A stretch of 64,000 nucleotides of DNA from Actinomycetota bacterium. Its GTDB lineage: Bacteria; Actinomycetota; Coriobacteriia; Anaerosomatales; SLCP01. The notes beneath the pieces were generated by a model. That model made no database searches and was not told the origin of the DNA. It saw only the letters and a list, made by a program, of their open reading frames with translations. The translations under genes and the position numbers were made by a program. Below are positions 1 to 8,668 of this stretch, piece after piece (position 1 is the stretch's first letter; each line of letters opens with the position of its first letter). The DNA lies in assembly GCA_037446725.1 (NCBI GenBank), contig JBBIIC010000005.1, forward strand, positions 5,886 to 69,885, in the 5' to 3' direction.

Positions 1-129
1 ATGCACCTCGGCCTCGGTGGCACCCACGCGCTCGGCGAGCGCCGCGTACGGAGCGGCTGTCACCGGGAAGTTCCCCTGTATCTCGGTGAGGACCCGCTTG
101 TCGAGTTCGGTCAGCTCGGCCACGCTCAC
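1..129 (-). CDS. Siroheme decarboxylase subunit (AhbA/AhbB, NirD/L-type Lrp/AsnC-like), N-terminal 43 codons only; gene runs off the left edge
   Basis: Reverse translation from GTG 129..127 gives VSVAELTELDKRVLTEIQGNFPVTAAPYAALAERVGATEAEVH. This fits the remembered AhbA/B-NirD N-terminal pattern (LD..D..IL..Q..FP....PY..LA..G.SE.EV). The GTG overlaps the ahbD TGA (GTGA at 129..126). Not in the ORF track because it is truncated. Confidence 0.6.
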   Translation of the reverse strand, partial: MSVAELTELDKRVLTEIQGNFPVTAAPYAALAERVGATEAEVH

Positions 130-1550
130 TCCTCGCACCCGCCGGTCCAGCCCGGCGGCTCGTAGATGCAGTACGGCTCGGCCTCGAGGTAGTCGCCGGT
201 GATCTCGAGCGCGCGCGCCCGGCACCCGCCGCAGACCGCCTTGTACTCGCACGCGCCGCACTTGCCCTTCAGGAGCGAGTAGTCGCGCAGGTCGTTGAAG
301 ACCCTCGATTCCGTCCAGATCTCGGAGAACGGCTTCTCCTTGACGTTGCCGAGCTGCATGTTGAAGTAGCCGCACGGCTGCAGGTCGCCGACGTGGCTGA
401 CGAAGCAGAAGGTGATGCCGCCGAGGCACCCGCGCGTCATCGCATCCAGACCGTACTCCTCACGGGTGACCTTCTTGCCCTCGGCCTTGGCCTTCTGACG
501 GATGATGCGGTAGTAGTGCGGCGCGTCGGTGGGCTTGAAATGCAGCGGCGAGGTCTTCTGCCGCTCGTAGGCCCACTCGAGCACGCGCTCGTACTCCTCA
601 GGCGGAAGCTCTTTGTCGAGCAGTTCTTCGCCGCGCCCGGTCGGCACGAGCATGAAGATGTGGAATGCGTCCACGCCGAGCGATTCGGCGAGATCGTGAA
701 TCTCCTCGATGAGGTGCGCGTTGAGCGTAGTGACGGTGGTGTTGATCTGCACGCCCACACCGTGGCGCTTGGCGATCCTGATGCCCTCGATGGTCGCGTC
801 GAAGCAGCCCGGCTCGCCGCGGAAGGAATCGTGGCCCTCGGCCGTGGGGAAGTCGATCGAGACCGAGATGCGCGGGATGCGGTGTGCCGCCATCTGCGCG
901 GCGATCTCCTCGGTGATAAGCGTGGCGTTCGTGCCGATGACCGGCATCGCGCCCTTCTCGTGGCAGTAGTCGACGATCTCCCAGATGTCGGGGCGCATGA
1001 GCGGCTCGCCGCCGGTGAGGATGATGATCGGGTTGGTGATGGTGACGATGTCGTCGATGACTTCCTTGATCTTGTCGAGCGAGAGCTCGCCCGGGTAGTG
1101 GCCGAACTCCGCCGCCGCCCTACAATGCGCGCACGACAGGTTGCACGAGCGCGTGATCTCCCAGGCGATGATGCGCGGCGCCTTGATACCGGTGCGCGCC
1201 TCGTAGGCCTGCGCCGCCTCGCCGCCGCCGGGACGAAAGCCCACCGAGCGGGCACCGCCGTGGCGCTGGCGATCCATCGGGACGCCGGCGGGGTGCCCAC
1301 CGGGGTGACCAATCGCATGGGGATGCCGCTCAGGCTGATGAGGGGGGGCGGAGCTCTCAGATTCCGAAGGCCGAGAGCGGAGCCCCCCCTGATCAGCCCC
1401 CGCCAGCGGAATCCCGATGCCCACCTCGCCGCAGCCGGCCTCGGCGTCGGCGATCTCCTGTTCGGTCAGCGTACCCTCGTCGTCGGGCCCGAACTCCTCT
1501 TCGAGCTCGAGATCGGGGCGCGCGTCAGCGTTGCCTACGTTGTCGGCCAT
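126..1550 (-). CDS. ahbD: Radical SAM heme synthase, AhbD (NirJ2-type) with long N-terminal extension
   Basis: 474 aa. Radical-SAM motif CNLSCAHC in PRIIAWEITRSCNLSCAHC. C-terminal SPASM-like cluster CGACEYKAVCGGCRARA. AGGAG lies 9 nt upstream of ATG 1550, 12 nt after the hemB stop. AhbD versus AhbC assignment is from remembered family motifs, not a search. Confidence 0.78.
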   Translation of the reverse strand: MADNVGNADARPDLELEEEFGPDDEGTLTEQEIADAEAGCGEVGIGIPLAGADQGGLRSRPSESESSAPPHQPERHPHAIGHPGGHPAGVPMDRQRHGGARSVGFRPGGGEAAQAYEARTGIKAPRIIAWEITRSCNLSCAHCRAAAEFGHYPGELSLDKIKEVIDDIVTITNPIIILTGGEPLMRPDIWEIVDYCHEKGAMPVIGTNATLITEEIAAQMAAHRIPRISVSIDFPTAEGHDSFRGEPGCFDATIEGIRIAKRHGVGVQINTTVTTLNAHLIEEIHDLAESLGVDAFHIFMLVPTGRGEELLDKELPPEEYERVLEWAYERQKTSPLHFKPTDAPHYYRIIRQKAKAEGKKVTREEYGLDAMTRGCLGGITFCFVSHVGDLQPCGYFNMQLGNVKEKPFSEIWTESRVFNDLRDYSLLKGKCGACEYKAVCGGCRARALEITGDYLEAEPYCIYEPPGWTGGCEE

Positions 1551-1562
1551 ACTCGGATGCTC

Positions 1563-2543
1563 CTAGCTCTCCCGCAGCCAGCGGGCCGCGTCCTTGGCGT
1601 GGTAGGTGAGGATGAGGTCGGCGCCAGCCCGCCGGAACGAGGTGAGCGTCTCGAGCACGACGCGCTTCTCGTCGATCCAGCCGTTGGCGGCGGCCGCCTT
1701 CACCATCGCGTACTCGCCGCTCACGTTGTAGGCGGCGGTCGGGTAGCCGAACTCGTCCTTCACCCGACGGATGACGTCCATGTAGGACAGCGCCGGCTTG
1801 ACCATGACGATGTCGGCGCCCTCGTCGATGTCGAGCGCGACCTCGCGGAGCGCCTCTTCGGAGTTCGCGGGATCCATCTGGTAGGCACGCCGGTCACCGA
1901 AGGCCGGGGCCGAGTCGGCAGCGTCGCGGAACGGGCCGTAGTAGGCCGAGGCGTACTTGGCGGCGTAGGCCATGATCGGCACGTCGGCGTAGCCCTCGGC
2001 GTCAAGCGTCGCCCGAATGGCGGCGACCCGACCGTCCATCATGTCGCTCGGCGCGACCATGTCCGCGCCCGCCTCGGCGTGCGAGAGCGCGGTGGACGCG
2101 AGCATCTCGAGGGTGACGTCGTTCATCACGCAGCCGTGCCCGTCGAGCGCCCCGCAGTGACCGTGCGAGGTGTACTCGCACATGCACACGTCGGTGATGA
2201 CGTAGTACTCGGGATCGTGCGCCTTGATAGCGCGAATCGCCTGCTGCACGATGCCTTCCTCGGCGTACGCGCCGCTGCCGGCCTCGTCCTTGACGTCCGG
2301 CAGCCCGAAGAGGATGACCGCCGGGATGCCGAGCGACTTGAGCTCGTCGATCTCGGCGGGCAGTTGGTCGAGGCTGAGCTGGAAGACACCGGGCATCGAG
2401 GAGACCTCGTCGCGCAACCCGGCGCCGAACTTCACGAACAGCGGGTAGATGAGGTCGCCGGCGTCGAGCGTGGTCTCGCGAACCATCGAGCGCAGCGTCT
2501 CTGAGCGCCTCAGACGGCGCGGCCGGTATGCGGGGAACTCCAT
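1563..2543 (-). CDS. hemB: Porphobilinogen synthase (delta-aminolevulinate dehydratase)
   Basis: 326 aa, full-length HemB-like. Contains RPRRLR near the N-terminus, the metal-site Cys cluster [14 protein letters not shown] and the active-site Lys context [12 protein letters not shown]. Confidence 0.95.
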   Translation of the reverse strand: MEFPAYRPRRLRRSETLRSMVRETTLDAGDLIYPLFVKFGAGLRDEVSSMPGVFQLSLDQLPAEIDELKSLGIPAVILFGLPDVKDEAGSGAYAEEGIVQQAIRAIKAHDPEYYVITDVCMCEYTSHGHCGALDGHGCVMNDVTLEMLASTALSHAEAGADMVAPSDMMDGRVAAIRATLDAEGYADVPIMAYAAKYASAYYGPFRDAADSAPAFGDRRAYQMDPANSEEALREVALDIDEGADIVMVKPALSYMDVIRRVKDEFGYPTAAYNVSGEYAMVKAAAANGWIDEKRVVLETLTSFRRAGADLILTYHAKDAARWLRES

Positions 2544-2552
2544 CGGTGCCTC

Positions 2553-2801
2553 CTACTCCACGAACTCGTCGACCGAGGGCTTATCCGGTCGGGCAGGGGC
2601 AGCGGCGTCCACCACGGGCGTCTCGGCGCCCGGTGCGCTCTTGTCAGCGCCGGTCTTGAAGTCGACCAAGCGCTTGAAGAGCGTCACCGCCCAGAGCGCA
2701 ACGACGATCATGGTCGCCCAATATGCGAGCTGGATGACCGGGCCCGCGTAGAAGATGAACTCCTGGAAGGTAGCCTCGAAGCCGGACTGCGCACCGATCA
2801 T
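2553..2801 (-). CDS. Small hypothetical membrane protein (82 aa) inside the heme operon
   Basis: One hydrophobic helix (PVIQLAYWATMIVVALWAVTLF). GAGGGAG lies 7 nt upstream of the ATG. Third codon positions are strongly G/C, like neighbouring genes. The stop is 9 nt before the hemB start. No family recognised. Confidence 0.6.
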   Translation of the reverse strand: MIGAQSGFEATFQEFIFYAGPVIQLAYWATMIVVALWAVTLFKRLVDFKTGADKSAPGAETPVVDAAAPARPDKPSVDEFVE

Positions 2802-2916
2802 GCCGCCACTCCCTCTCGTTTCGCCGGGGCGGTCGCCCCGGGCCGTGCCGTCGGATACCGCCGTCTAACAGTCGAGGCGCCCCGCATCTCCGCGGACCGC
2901 CTCGACATCACTATCC

Positions 2917-2992
2917 TGGTGGAGACGAGCGGATTCGAACCGCCGACCTCTGCCGTGCGAAGGCAGCGCTCTCCCAACTGAGCCACGTCCCC
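2917..2992 (-). tRNA. tRNA-Ala (anticodon CGC)
   Basis: Reverse strand reads GGGGACGTGGCTCAGTTGGGAGAGCGCTGCCTTCGCACGGCAGAGGTCGGCGGTTCGAATCCGCTCGTCTCCACCA (76 nt). It has a 7-bp acceptor stem with the G3:U70 Ala identity pair. Anticodon stem CTGCC/GGCAG has loop TTCGCAC, giving anticodon CGC. The T-arm GGTTCGAATCC and an encoded CCA are present. Confidence 0.93.
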
Positions 2993-3075
2993 ATGTCGCC
3001 CACTGCGAAAGCGAGCCACAATAGAATGCCGAGCGTGACGCTCGTTGTCAAACCCGACGAGCCGCCCGAAATGCG

Positions 3076-4353
3076 CTAGTCGGTCTCGCCGCCAACCGGC
3101 ACGCCGCTCTCGATGGCGAGCTCGGCCTCGGTGCGGTCGGCCATGTCGGCAAGCTCGTTCAGGCCGATCTCCTCGTCGCTGAGGTAGCAGGCCGGATCGG
3201 GCTCCCAAAGGTCACCGGTGGCCGCCTCGGCACGCACGCGGAAGTTGCCGCCGCAGATCGAGAGCCACGAGCACGTCGCGCAGCGGCCCTTCACGTGCGG
3301 GCGCTTGTCCTTGAGCTTGGCCATGAGTTCGCTCTGCTCGGTGTCGCCCGAGATGTCCGTCCAGATCTCCGAGAACGGGCGCTGGCGCACGTTGCCGAAC
3401 GAGAAGTGGCGCCAGAACTGGTCGGCGTAGACCTCGCCGTTCCATGAGACGCAACCGATACCGTTGGCGCTCGAATTGCCCTGGTTCCACTGCAGCAGCT
3501 GCAGGACCTGCTCGGCGCGCTCGGGGTCCTCCTTCAGGAGCTCCATGTAGACGAAGGGACCGTCAGCGTGGTTGTCCACGGTGAGGATCTCCGGCGTCAG
3601 GCCGTCATCGAACATCTCCTTGGTGAGGTCCATGATGAGGCGGACGGCCTTGCGCGTCTCGTCGTGGTCGAGATCCTCCTTCATGAGCTCGGATCCGCGG
3701 CCGGTGTAGACGAGATGATAGAAGCACGCGCGCGGGATGTTCTCCTCGCGCATCACCTTGAAGATCTCGGGGATGTCCTGCCAGTTGCGCTTGTTGATCG
3801 TCATGCGCAGGCCGACCTTGATGCCCGCGTCGCGCGCATTGCGGATGCCCTGGATAGCCTTGTCGAACGAGCCCGGCAGCCCGCGGAACTTGTCGTGGGT
3901 CTCGCGCCCGCCGTCGAGCGACACACCCACGTACGACAGCCCGACCTCGGCATACTGCGCGGCCTTCTCCGGCGTGATGAGGGTGCCGTTGGTGGAGATG
4001 ACGACCCGCATGCCCTTGCTCTTGGCGTAGTGCATGAGCTCGACGAGATCCCTGCGGATGGTGGGCTCGCCGCCCGAAAACAGCAGCACCGGAGCGCCGA
4101 ACTCAGCCAGGTCGTCGATCATCGTCTTGGCTTCTTCGGTGCTCATCTCGCCGGGGTAGTCGCGGTCCTCGGACTGGGCGTAGCAGTGCACGCACTTGAG
4201 GTTGCAGCGCTGCGTGCAGTTCCACACCACCACCGGCTTCTTGTCGCGGGCGAACTGCAGAAGCTCGCTCGGCAGCTTGGAGGAGTCGCGGTCGTAACGC
4301 AGCACGTCACCCGGCTCGACGGCTCCGCAGTACAGTTTCGAGATGCCTATCAT
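3076..4353 (-). CDS. ahbC: Radical SAM Fe-coproporphyrin III synthase, AhbC (NirJ1-type)
   Basis: Start moved to ATG 4353, with GAAAGGAA just upstream. The track ORF reaching 4587 would overlap cobA/hemD. N-terminus is MIGISKLYCGAVEPGDVLRY. Radical-SAM motif CNLKCVHC and C-terminal cluster CATCSWLSICGG are present. Confidence 0.78.
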   Translation of the reverse strand: MIGISKLYCGAVEPGDVLRYDRDSSKLPSELLQFARDKKPVVVWNCTQRCNLKCVHCYAQSEDRDYPGEMSTEEAKTMIDDLAEFGAPVLLFSGGEPTIRRDLVELMHYAKSKGMRVVISTNGTLITPEKAAQYAEVGLSYVGVSLDGGRETHDKFRGLPGSFDKAIQGIRNARDAGIKVGLRMTINKRNWQDIPEIFKVMREENIPRACFYHLVYTGRGSELMKEDLDHDETRKAVRLIMDLTKEMFDDGLTPEILTVDNHADGPFVYMELLKEDPERAEQVLQLLQWNQGNSSANGIGCVSWNGEVYADQFWRHFSFGNVRQRPFSEIWTDISGDTEQSELMAKLKDKRPHVKGRCATCSWLSICGGNFRVRAEAATGDLWEPDPACYLSDEEIGLNELADMADRTEAELAIESGVPVGGETD

Positions 4354-4414
4354 GTGCGTGGTTCCTTTCTCGTCGCGCCGCAGGCGCCGGCGCGTTGTCT
4401 CCGCAGGGTCTCTG

Positions 4415-5962
4415 CTAGTCCTCGCCGACGCCGGGCGCCGCACCGAAGTGCGCCACGACCGCGTCGACCAGTCCGGGGATCGTGTATTCCTCTGCCTCCA
4501 CCCCGACTGTGAGCCCGAGGTCGCGGGCCGTATCGGAGGTGATCGGGCCAATCGACGCGATGAGCGCCGAGCCCAACGTCGCTGCAATATCCGTGCCCTC
4601 GGTCAGCTTCATGAAGTTCTTGACCGTCGACGACGACGTGAAGGTGATGACGTCCACGCTGCCCTCGGCCAGTCGCGTGAGCACGTTCATCTCACCGGCG
4701 CCGAGCACGGTGCGGTAGACCGGCACCACGTCGACGATCGCGCCGAGCTCGCGCAGCGCATCGGGCATAACCTCACGGGCCTCGAGCGCCCGCGGGATGA
4801 GGAAGCGCGTCCCCTCGCCGGCGCCGCGCTCGCACAGGCCGGCGATCACGCCCTCGGCCACGTACTCGTCGGGCACGTAGTCGGGACGGATGCCATGGCC
4901 CAGGCAGCGCGCCGCTGTCGCGGGACCGATGGCGGCCACCCGGCAGCCGGCGAACTGGCGCGCATCGGCGTCCATCTCCTCGAGGCGACCGAAGAACTGG
5001 TCGACGCCGTTGACCGAGGTGAAGACGACCCAGTCGTAGACGGCCATGTTCCGGATCACTTCGTCGACCGGCTCCCAGTCCTCGGGATCGGTGATTCTGA
5101 TCGTCGGGAACTCGAGCACCTCGGCGCCGAGCTCGACGAAGCGCTCCGAGAGATCAGAAGCCTGCGCGCGCGAGCGCGTGACGATCGCGGTCTTGCCGAA
5201 CAGCGGCTTGTTCTCGAACCAGGCGAGCTGCTCGCGCAGCTTCACGACCTCGCCGACGACGGTGATCGCCGGCGCCTTGAACCTCGCCGCCTCGGCCTTC
5301 TCGGCGATGTCGCCGAGCGTTCCGACGAGCGTCTCCTGGCGTGGTGTGGTGCCCCAGCGCACGAGAGCGACCGGCGTGTCGGCAGGCCGTCCGAACGTCA
5401 TCAGCCGCTCGGTGATGACAGGCAGGTTCTTGATGCCCATGAAGAAGCAGATCGTCCCGACGGCGGTGGCGAGATGCTCCCAGTTGACGTCGGTCGTCTC
5501 CTTGGTGGGGTCCTCGTGCCCGGTGACGAATGCCATGTCGGTGGTGATACCGCGGTGCGTGACCGGGATGCCCGCATAGGCCGGCACCGCGTACCCGCTG
5601 CTCACGCCCGGCACGACCTCGAACGCGATGCCGTGCTCGGCAAGCGCGAGCGCCTCCTCGCCGCCGCGGCCGAAGATGAACGGGTCGCCGCCCTTGAGGC
5701 GTGCGACGACCTTGCCGCCGTCCTCGAGCGCCTTCTCGACGAGGATCGCGTTGATCTCCTCCTGCGTGACGTGCTGCGAGAAGCCCTTCTTGCCGACGTA
5801 GATGAGCTCGGCGTCGGGGTCCGCCGCCGCGAGGAAGCGCGGGTTGGCGAGGTAGTCGTAGACGACGATCTCGGCCTTCGCCAGGCACTCGAGACCCTTG
5901 ACGGTCATGAGGCCCGGGTCACCCGGGCCGGCGCCGATCAGGTAGACGATGGGGGAACCCAT
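4415..5962 (-). CDS. cobA/hemD: Fused uroporphyrinogen-III C-methyltransferase / uroporphyrinogen-III synthase
   Basis: 515 aa. The N-terminal half has SUMT motifs (VYLIGAGPGDPGLMTVKG, GGDPFIFGRGGEE). The C-terminal ~250 aa are HemD-like (TAIVTRSRAQASDL...FTSSSTVKNF). AAGGAGG lies upstream of ATG 5962. Confidence 0.9.
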   Translation of the reverse strand: MGSPIVYLIGAGPGDPGLMTVKGLECLAKAEIVVYDYLANPRFLAAADPDAELIYVGKKGFSQHVTQEEINAILVEKALEDGGKVVARLKGGDPFIFGRGGEEALALAEHGIAFEVVPGVSSGYAVPAYAGIPVTHRGITTDMAFVTGHEDPTKETTDVNWEHLATAVGTICFFMGIKNLPVITERLMTFGRPADTPVALVRWGTTPRQETLVGTLGDIAEKAEAARFKAPAITVVGEVVKLREQLAWFENKPLFGKTAIVTRSRAQASDLSERFVELGAEVLEFPTIRITDPEDWEPVDEVIRNMAVYDWVVFTSVNGVDQFFGRLEEMDADARQFAGCRVAAIGPATAARCLGHGIRPDYVPDEYVAEGVIAGLCERGAGEGTRFLIPRALEAREVMPDALRELGAIVDVVPVYRTVLGAGEMNVLTRLAEGSVDVITFTSSSTVKNFMKLTEGTDIAATLGSALIASIGPITSDTARDLGLTVGVEAEEYTIPGLVDAVVAHFGAAPGVGED

Positions 5963-6047
5963 CCGACCTCCTTGTTCCGTATGCGATCAGTTCGCGGTCG
6001 TACGACGCATCCGCTGCCGGGCGGTGCGCGAGCCGTGCGGCGAGACG

Positions 6048-7022
6048 CTACGTCTCGAGCAGGCCGTCCACCCTACCCCCGGCCGCGTCGGCCGCTCCTC
6101 TGATCTCAGCGAGGATCTCCCGCGCTCCCATGCCGAGCAACGCGTCGACCATGCGCATACCGAGCATCGCGGGATGCCCGGCCGGGCCGTCGAGACGGTG
6201 GCGCAGGATGCGGTCGCCCGCGACCGAACCGACCAGTCCGTCCATGACGAGCACGCCGTCCTCGAGCCTGGCGTACGCGCCGATCGGCACCTGGCAACCG
6301 CCCTCGAGCTGGCGCATGACGACGCGCTCGCCGAGCACGCTGGCGAAGGTATCGGCGTGGTTGAGCTCCTCACAGACATCGGCCATGAACGGGTCGTCGT
6401 CCCGTATCTCCACGCCGATGGCGCCCTGGCCGACGGCCGGTACCATCTGGTCGGGCGAGATGTAGTGGGTGATGCGGTCGGCCCAGCCCATGCGGGTGAT
6501 GCCGGCGCTCGCGAGGATGACAGCGTCGACCTCACCCTCCTCGGCCTTGCGCATCCGCGTGTCGAGGTTCCCGCGCACGTCGGCGATCTCGAGGTCGGGC
6601 CTGAGCGCGAGCACCTGGCTTCGCCGACGCAGGCTGCTTGTGCCGAGACGCGCGCCTTGCGGCAGGGTGTCCAGGTCGTAGCCGGCACCCGAGACGATGA
6701 CGTCGCGCGGGTCGACGCGCTCGGGCGTGGCCGCGATGCGGCAGCCCTCGGGAAGCTCGGTCGGGACATCCTTCATCGAGTGGACCGCGAGATCGACGGT
6801 GCCTGCGAGCAGCTCGACCTCGATCTCCTTGGTGAAAAGTCCCTTGCCGCCGACCTTGGCGAGCGGCACATCGAGAATCTTGTCCCCGGTGGTCTTGATA
6901 ACCATGAGCTCGACGGGCAGACCGGTGATCTCCTCGAGCCTGTCCTTGATGTAGTTGCTCTGCCACAGGGCGAGCTTGCTGCCCCGGGTCCCGATCGTGA
7001 GCTTATCGCGGCTAGCAGCCAA
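6048..7022 (-). CDS. hemC: Hydroxymethylbilane synthase (porphobilinogen deaminase)
   Basis: LTIGTRGSKLALWQS..., SLRRRSQ and GGCQVPIG (cofactor Cys) motifs. There is no ATG/GTG after the hemA stop. The best start is TTG 7022 (GGGAGA 5 nt upstream), which overlaps the hemA stop. The track ORF to 7526 is an upstream artefact. Confidence 0.9.
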   Translation of the reverse strand: MAASRDKLTIGTRGSKLALWQSNYIKDRLEEITGLPVELMVIKTTGDKILDVPLAKVGGKGLFTKEIEVELLAGTVDLAVHSMKDVPTELPEGCRIAATPERVDPRDVIVSGAGYDLDTLPQGARLGTSSLRRRSQVLALRPDLEIADVRGNLDTRMRKAEEGEVDAVILASAGITRMGWADRITHYISPDQMVPAVGQGAIGVEIRDDDPFMADVCEELNHADTFASVLGERVVMRQLEGGCQVPIGAYARLEDGVLVMDGLVGSVAGDRILRHRLDGPAGHPAMLGMRMVDALLGMGAREILAEIRGAADAAGGRVDGLLET

Positions 7023-8400
7023 TCGTGTCTCCCATCTCAGTCTGCGTCGTGGTGTCTGCTGCCCGCTCCGCCGACTTCTCCCCGCGCCCGAACAGCGACC
7101 GTATGAGGCCGAAGTGCGGGCTCCTGCCTTCGGGATTCGCGTCGAGACCATACAAGTAACGCGCGGTCTCGACGTAGGCGTAGCCGTCCTTCTCGCCCGC
7201 GACTTGCTTGAGGCGGGCCGTGGGGCCGTGTAGCATCTTGTTGACGATCGACTGCGTGAGCACCTCGACCGTCTGGAGTTCCTTCTCAGACAGGCTGCCG
7301 AGCCGCTTGAGGGCCTTCTCGAGCTCGGCCGAGCGTACCTGTTCGGCCTTGGCACGGATAGCGGCGACCGTGGGCACGACCTCCATCGACTCGATCCAGC
7401 GTTCGAACGCGACCATCTCCTCGGCGATGATCGTCTCCGCCCGGCGCGCCTCGCGCATCCGCTCCTCGAGGTTCGACTCGACGACTCCGTTGAGGTCGTC
7501 GATGTCGTAGAGGAACACGTCTGCAAGCTCGTTGACGGCCGGGTCGATATCGCGCGGCACGGCGATGTCGATGAGGAACAGCGGGTTGCCTTTGCGGCCC
7601 TTGAGAGCGGCCGCGACCTGTTCCTTCGTGATCACGTACTGGGTGGCAGCGGTCGAGGAGATGACGATGTCGGCCCCGCGCATGCGCTCGAACAGCTCGT
7701 CGTAGCGGATAGCCAGGCCGCAGAAGCGGCAGGCGAGTTCCTCGGCACGCTCGAAGGTGCGGTTGGCGACGAGCACCGTCTTGACCCCGTTGGAGACGAG
7801 GTGTTTGGCGGTAAGCTCGCTCATCTTGCCGGCACCGAGGATCAGCACCGTGCGCCCGTCAAGGTCGTCGAAGACCTTCTTGGCCAGCTCGACCGCCGCG
7901 TAGCTGATGGACACCGCGTTCTCGCCGATGTCGGTCTCGCTGCGCACGCGCTTGCCGACCTCGAAGCTCTGGCGGAACAGCTTGTTGAAGATGCGACCTG
8001 CCGCATCGTTCGAAAACGCATGCTCGTAGGCCTCTTTGACCTGGCCGAGAATCTGGGCTTCGCCGATGACCATCGAGTCGAGGGACGCGACCACCCGGAA
8101 CAGATGCCGCACCACCGACTCGCCCTCGGAGAAGTACAGGTAGCGCACGAGCTCGTGCCGGTCCAGGTCGTGGTAGTCGGCGAGGAAGTCCACGATCGCG
8201 CCCGGGCCCTCCGAGCCGACTGCGGTGACCGCGTAAATCTCGGTGCGGTTGCAGGTGGAAAGCACCACCGCTTCGGCGACGTCGGGGGTAGAGAGGAGAA
8301 GCGCAAGCGCCTCTTCCTGCCGGTGGGCGGGGAAAGTGAGCTTCTCGCGTATCTCGACAGGAGCCGTCTTGTGGCTCAGGCCCACGAGCGTCAGGTGCAT
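7012..8400 (-). CDS. hemA: Glutamyl-tRNA reductase
   Basis: 462 aa. N-terminus MHLTLVGLSHKTAPVEIREKL, catalytic Cys context STCNRTEIY, NADPH fold ILGAGKMSE. Confidence 0.95.
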   Translation of the reverse strand: MHLTLVGLSHKTAPVEIREKLTFPAHRQEEALALLLSTPDVAEAVVLSTCNRTEIYAVTAVGSEGPGAIVDFLADYHDLDRHELVRYLYFSEGESVVRHLFRVVASLDSMVIGEAQILGQVKEAYEHAFSNDAAGRIFNKLFRQSFEVGKRVRSETDIGENAVSISYAAVELAKKVFDDLDGRTVLILGAGKMSELTAKHLVSNGVKTVLVANRTFERAEELACRFCGLAIRYDELFERMRGADIVISSTAATQYVITKEQVAAALKGRKGNPLFLIDIAVPRDIDPAVNELADVFLYDIDDLNGVVESNLEERMREARRAETIIAEEMVAFERWIESMEVVPTVAAIRAKAEQVRSAELEKALKRLGSLSEKELQTVEVLTQSIVNKMLHGPTARLKQVAGEKDGYAYVETARYLYGLDANPEGRSPHFGLIRSLFGRGEKSAERAADTTTQTEMGDTIGC

Positions 8401-8551
8401 CGCGCGATGATTCGCCTCACGAGGTAGGGGGCATAGGTACGCCCTCGCCGGAGCGGTGCGAGGTGTTCAGGCAAGCAGGCCCGGCGAGGGCGATGTGACA
8501 AGTGGAACGGCTTCGATCACGCACCTTCTGCGAGTCGCCTGAACACACGAG

Positions 8552-8581
8552 ATTCTACCACCGTTAAGGTAGTCCAATCAA
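8552..8581 (-). promoter_or_regulatory. Candidate sigma70-type promoter of the hemA operon (TTGATT-N18-TGGTAGAAT)
   Basis: Reverse strand reads TTGATTggactaccttaacggTGGTAGAAT: -35 at 8581..8576, extended -10 at 8560..8552. It sits about 150 nt upstream of the hemA ATG in a 268-nt intergenic gap. Confidence 0.4.
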
Positions 8582-8668
8582 GTTCCCGGCTGCCGGCGTG
8601 ATTCCCGACGCACCCGCCACGACCTCGTCCAACGCACCGGAAACCGCGGCTCTGGCACCCGTTGCAGG

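Noticed and set aside
17-202. 61-aa plus-strand ORF at the left edge
   Set aside because: It is antisense to the ahbA/B-like N-terminus and the ahbD C-terminus, and its composition is Arg/Ser/Ala-rich with no signals.
393-2504. 703-aa plus-strand ORF spanning ahbD and hemB
   Set aside because: It is antisense to two genes with unmistakable family motifs. Its translation is Arg/Ala/Gly/Asp/Val-rich low-complexity sequence with no motifs. This is the typical high-GC antisense ORF artefact.
2917-2992. tRNA-Ala as a genomic-island or prophage integration site
   Set aside because: No integrase, recombinase or direct repeat of the tRNA 3' half is visible nearby. Both flanks are heme biosynthesis genes on the same strand with uniform composition.
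3022-3027. TAGAAT hexamer on the plus strand as a promoter
   Set aside because: No plus-strand gene lies downstream; the nearest plus ORFs are antisense artefacts. It overlaps the region more plausibly serving the minus-strand tRNA promoter.
3076-4587. Upstream-extended versions of real genes in the ORF track. Examples: 3076..4587, 6048..7526, 9484..10350, 18178..19026, 25086..25784, 19513..21195, 50714..52144, 52047..52982, 52652..54115, 57255..58364, 62508..63512.
   Set aside because: The extensions overlap the preceding gene or are Arg/Pro-rich with no SD. Internal starts with good SD sequences and family-typical N-termini were used instead.
4343-6103. 586-aa plus-strand ORF opposite cobA/hemD. 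Similar long antisense ORFs occur at 12009..13559, 13957..15801, 22193..24370, 31866..34037, 45036..46727 and 61255..62601.
   Set aside because: All lie opposite well-supported genes (ccmB/A, ccmF, yhaN/yhaO-like, panB/folK, GAF kinase, livM). They have R/A/G/P-rich composition and no recognisable domains. The opposite frames carry the expected GC3 bias.
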